From positions 96,001 through 160,000 of the IMG/VR virus record IMGVR_UViG_3300027793_000055: a DNA stretch of 64,000 bases; one strand, written 5' to 3'. The position numbers and the translations under genes are program-made. This stretch comes from a virus. Position 1 is the stretch's first letter. Every line of letters begins with the position of its first letter. The notes under the pieces are model-generated. The model was not told the origin of the DNA. It saw nothing but the letters and a program-made list of their open reading frames with translations, and did no database searches. Positions 63,937 through 64,000 of this stretch are shown piece after piece.

Positions 63937-64000
63937 GTATTATGTTACTGCTTATAATAGTGGTACTAACAAAACAGGAATGGAACCTGTTTCTCACATA

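Overview
A 64-kb segment of a large, AT-rich (roughly one-third GC by eye) tailed phage with a contractile tail, standard genetic code, almost all genes on the minus strand. From left to right: (1) baseplate genes (T4 gp6- and gp25-like wedge proteins, a 2091-aa protein, a spike with an HxH tip, an M15 peptidase) and a phage sigma factor; (2) a sugar-nucleotide and glycosyltransferase cluster (Gmd, DegT-type aminotransferase, acetyltransferase, GT9, three GT4), a Cas4/RecB-like nuclease, PIN-PhoH and a trypsin-like protease; (3) a tRNA region with 8 tRNAs (including Ser-ACT, Ile-TAT, a short-arm Leu-TAA and a non-canonical Thr), a SpoU methylase, two endonucleases and a dCMP deaminase; (4) a cluster of probable internal head proteins sharing an N-terminal L/I-x-E motif, several carrying enzyme domains, interrupted by an oriC-like GATC-dense locus; (5) a terminus-like non-coding region at about 43.9-44.5 kb; (6) an early region of promoter-gene-terminator cassettes with 2 more tRNAs, an AAA/vWA pair and more than 25 paralogous small SH3-like proteins. 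The most interesting observations are the fixed-geometry early promoter module (GTGATCT box, IHF-like site, sigma70 promoter), a candidate late C-rich anti-Shine-Dalgarno sRNA at about 47.37-47.46 kb, the putative capsid-targeting signal family including a 26-aa chimeric mini-gene, and the SH3-like expansion. All assignments come from motif recognition by eye; no searches were run.
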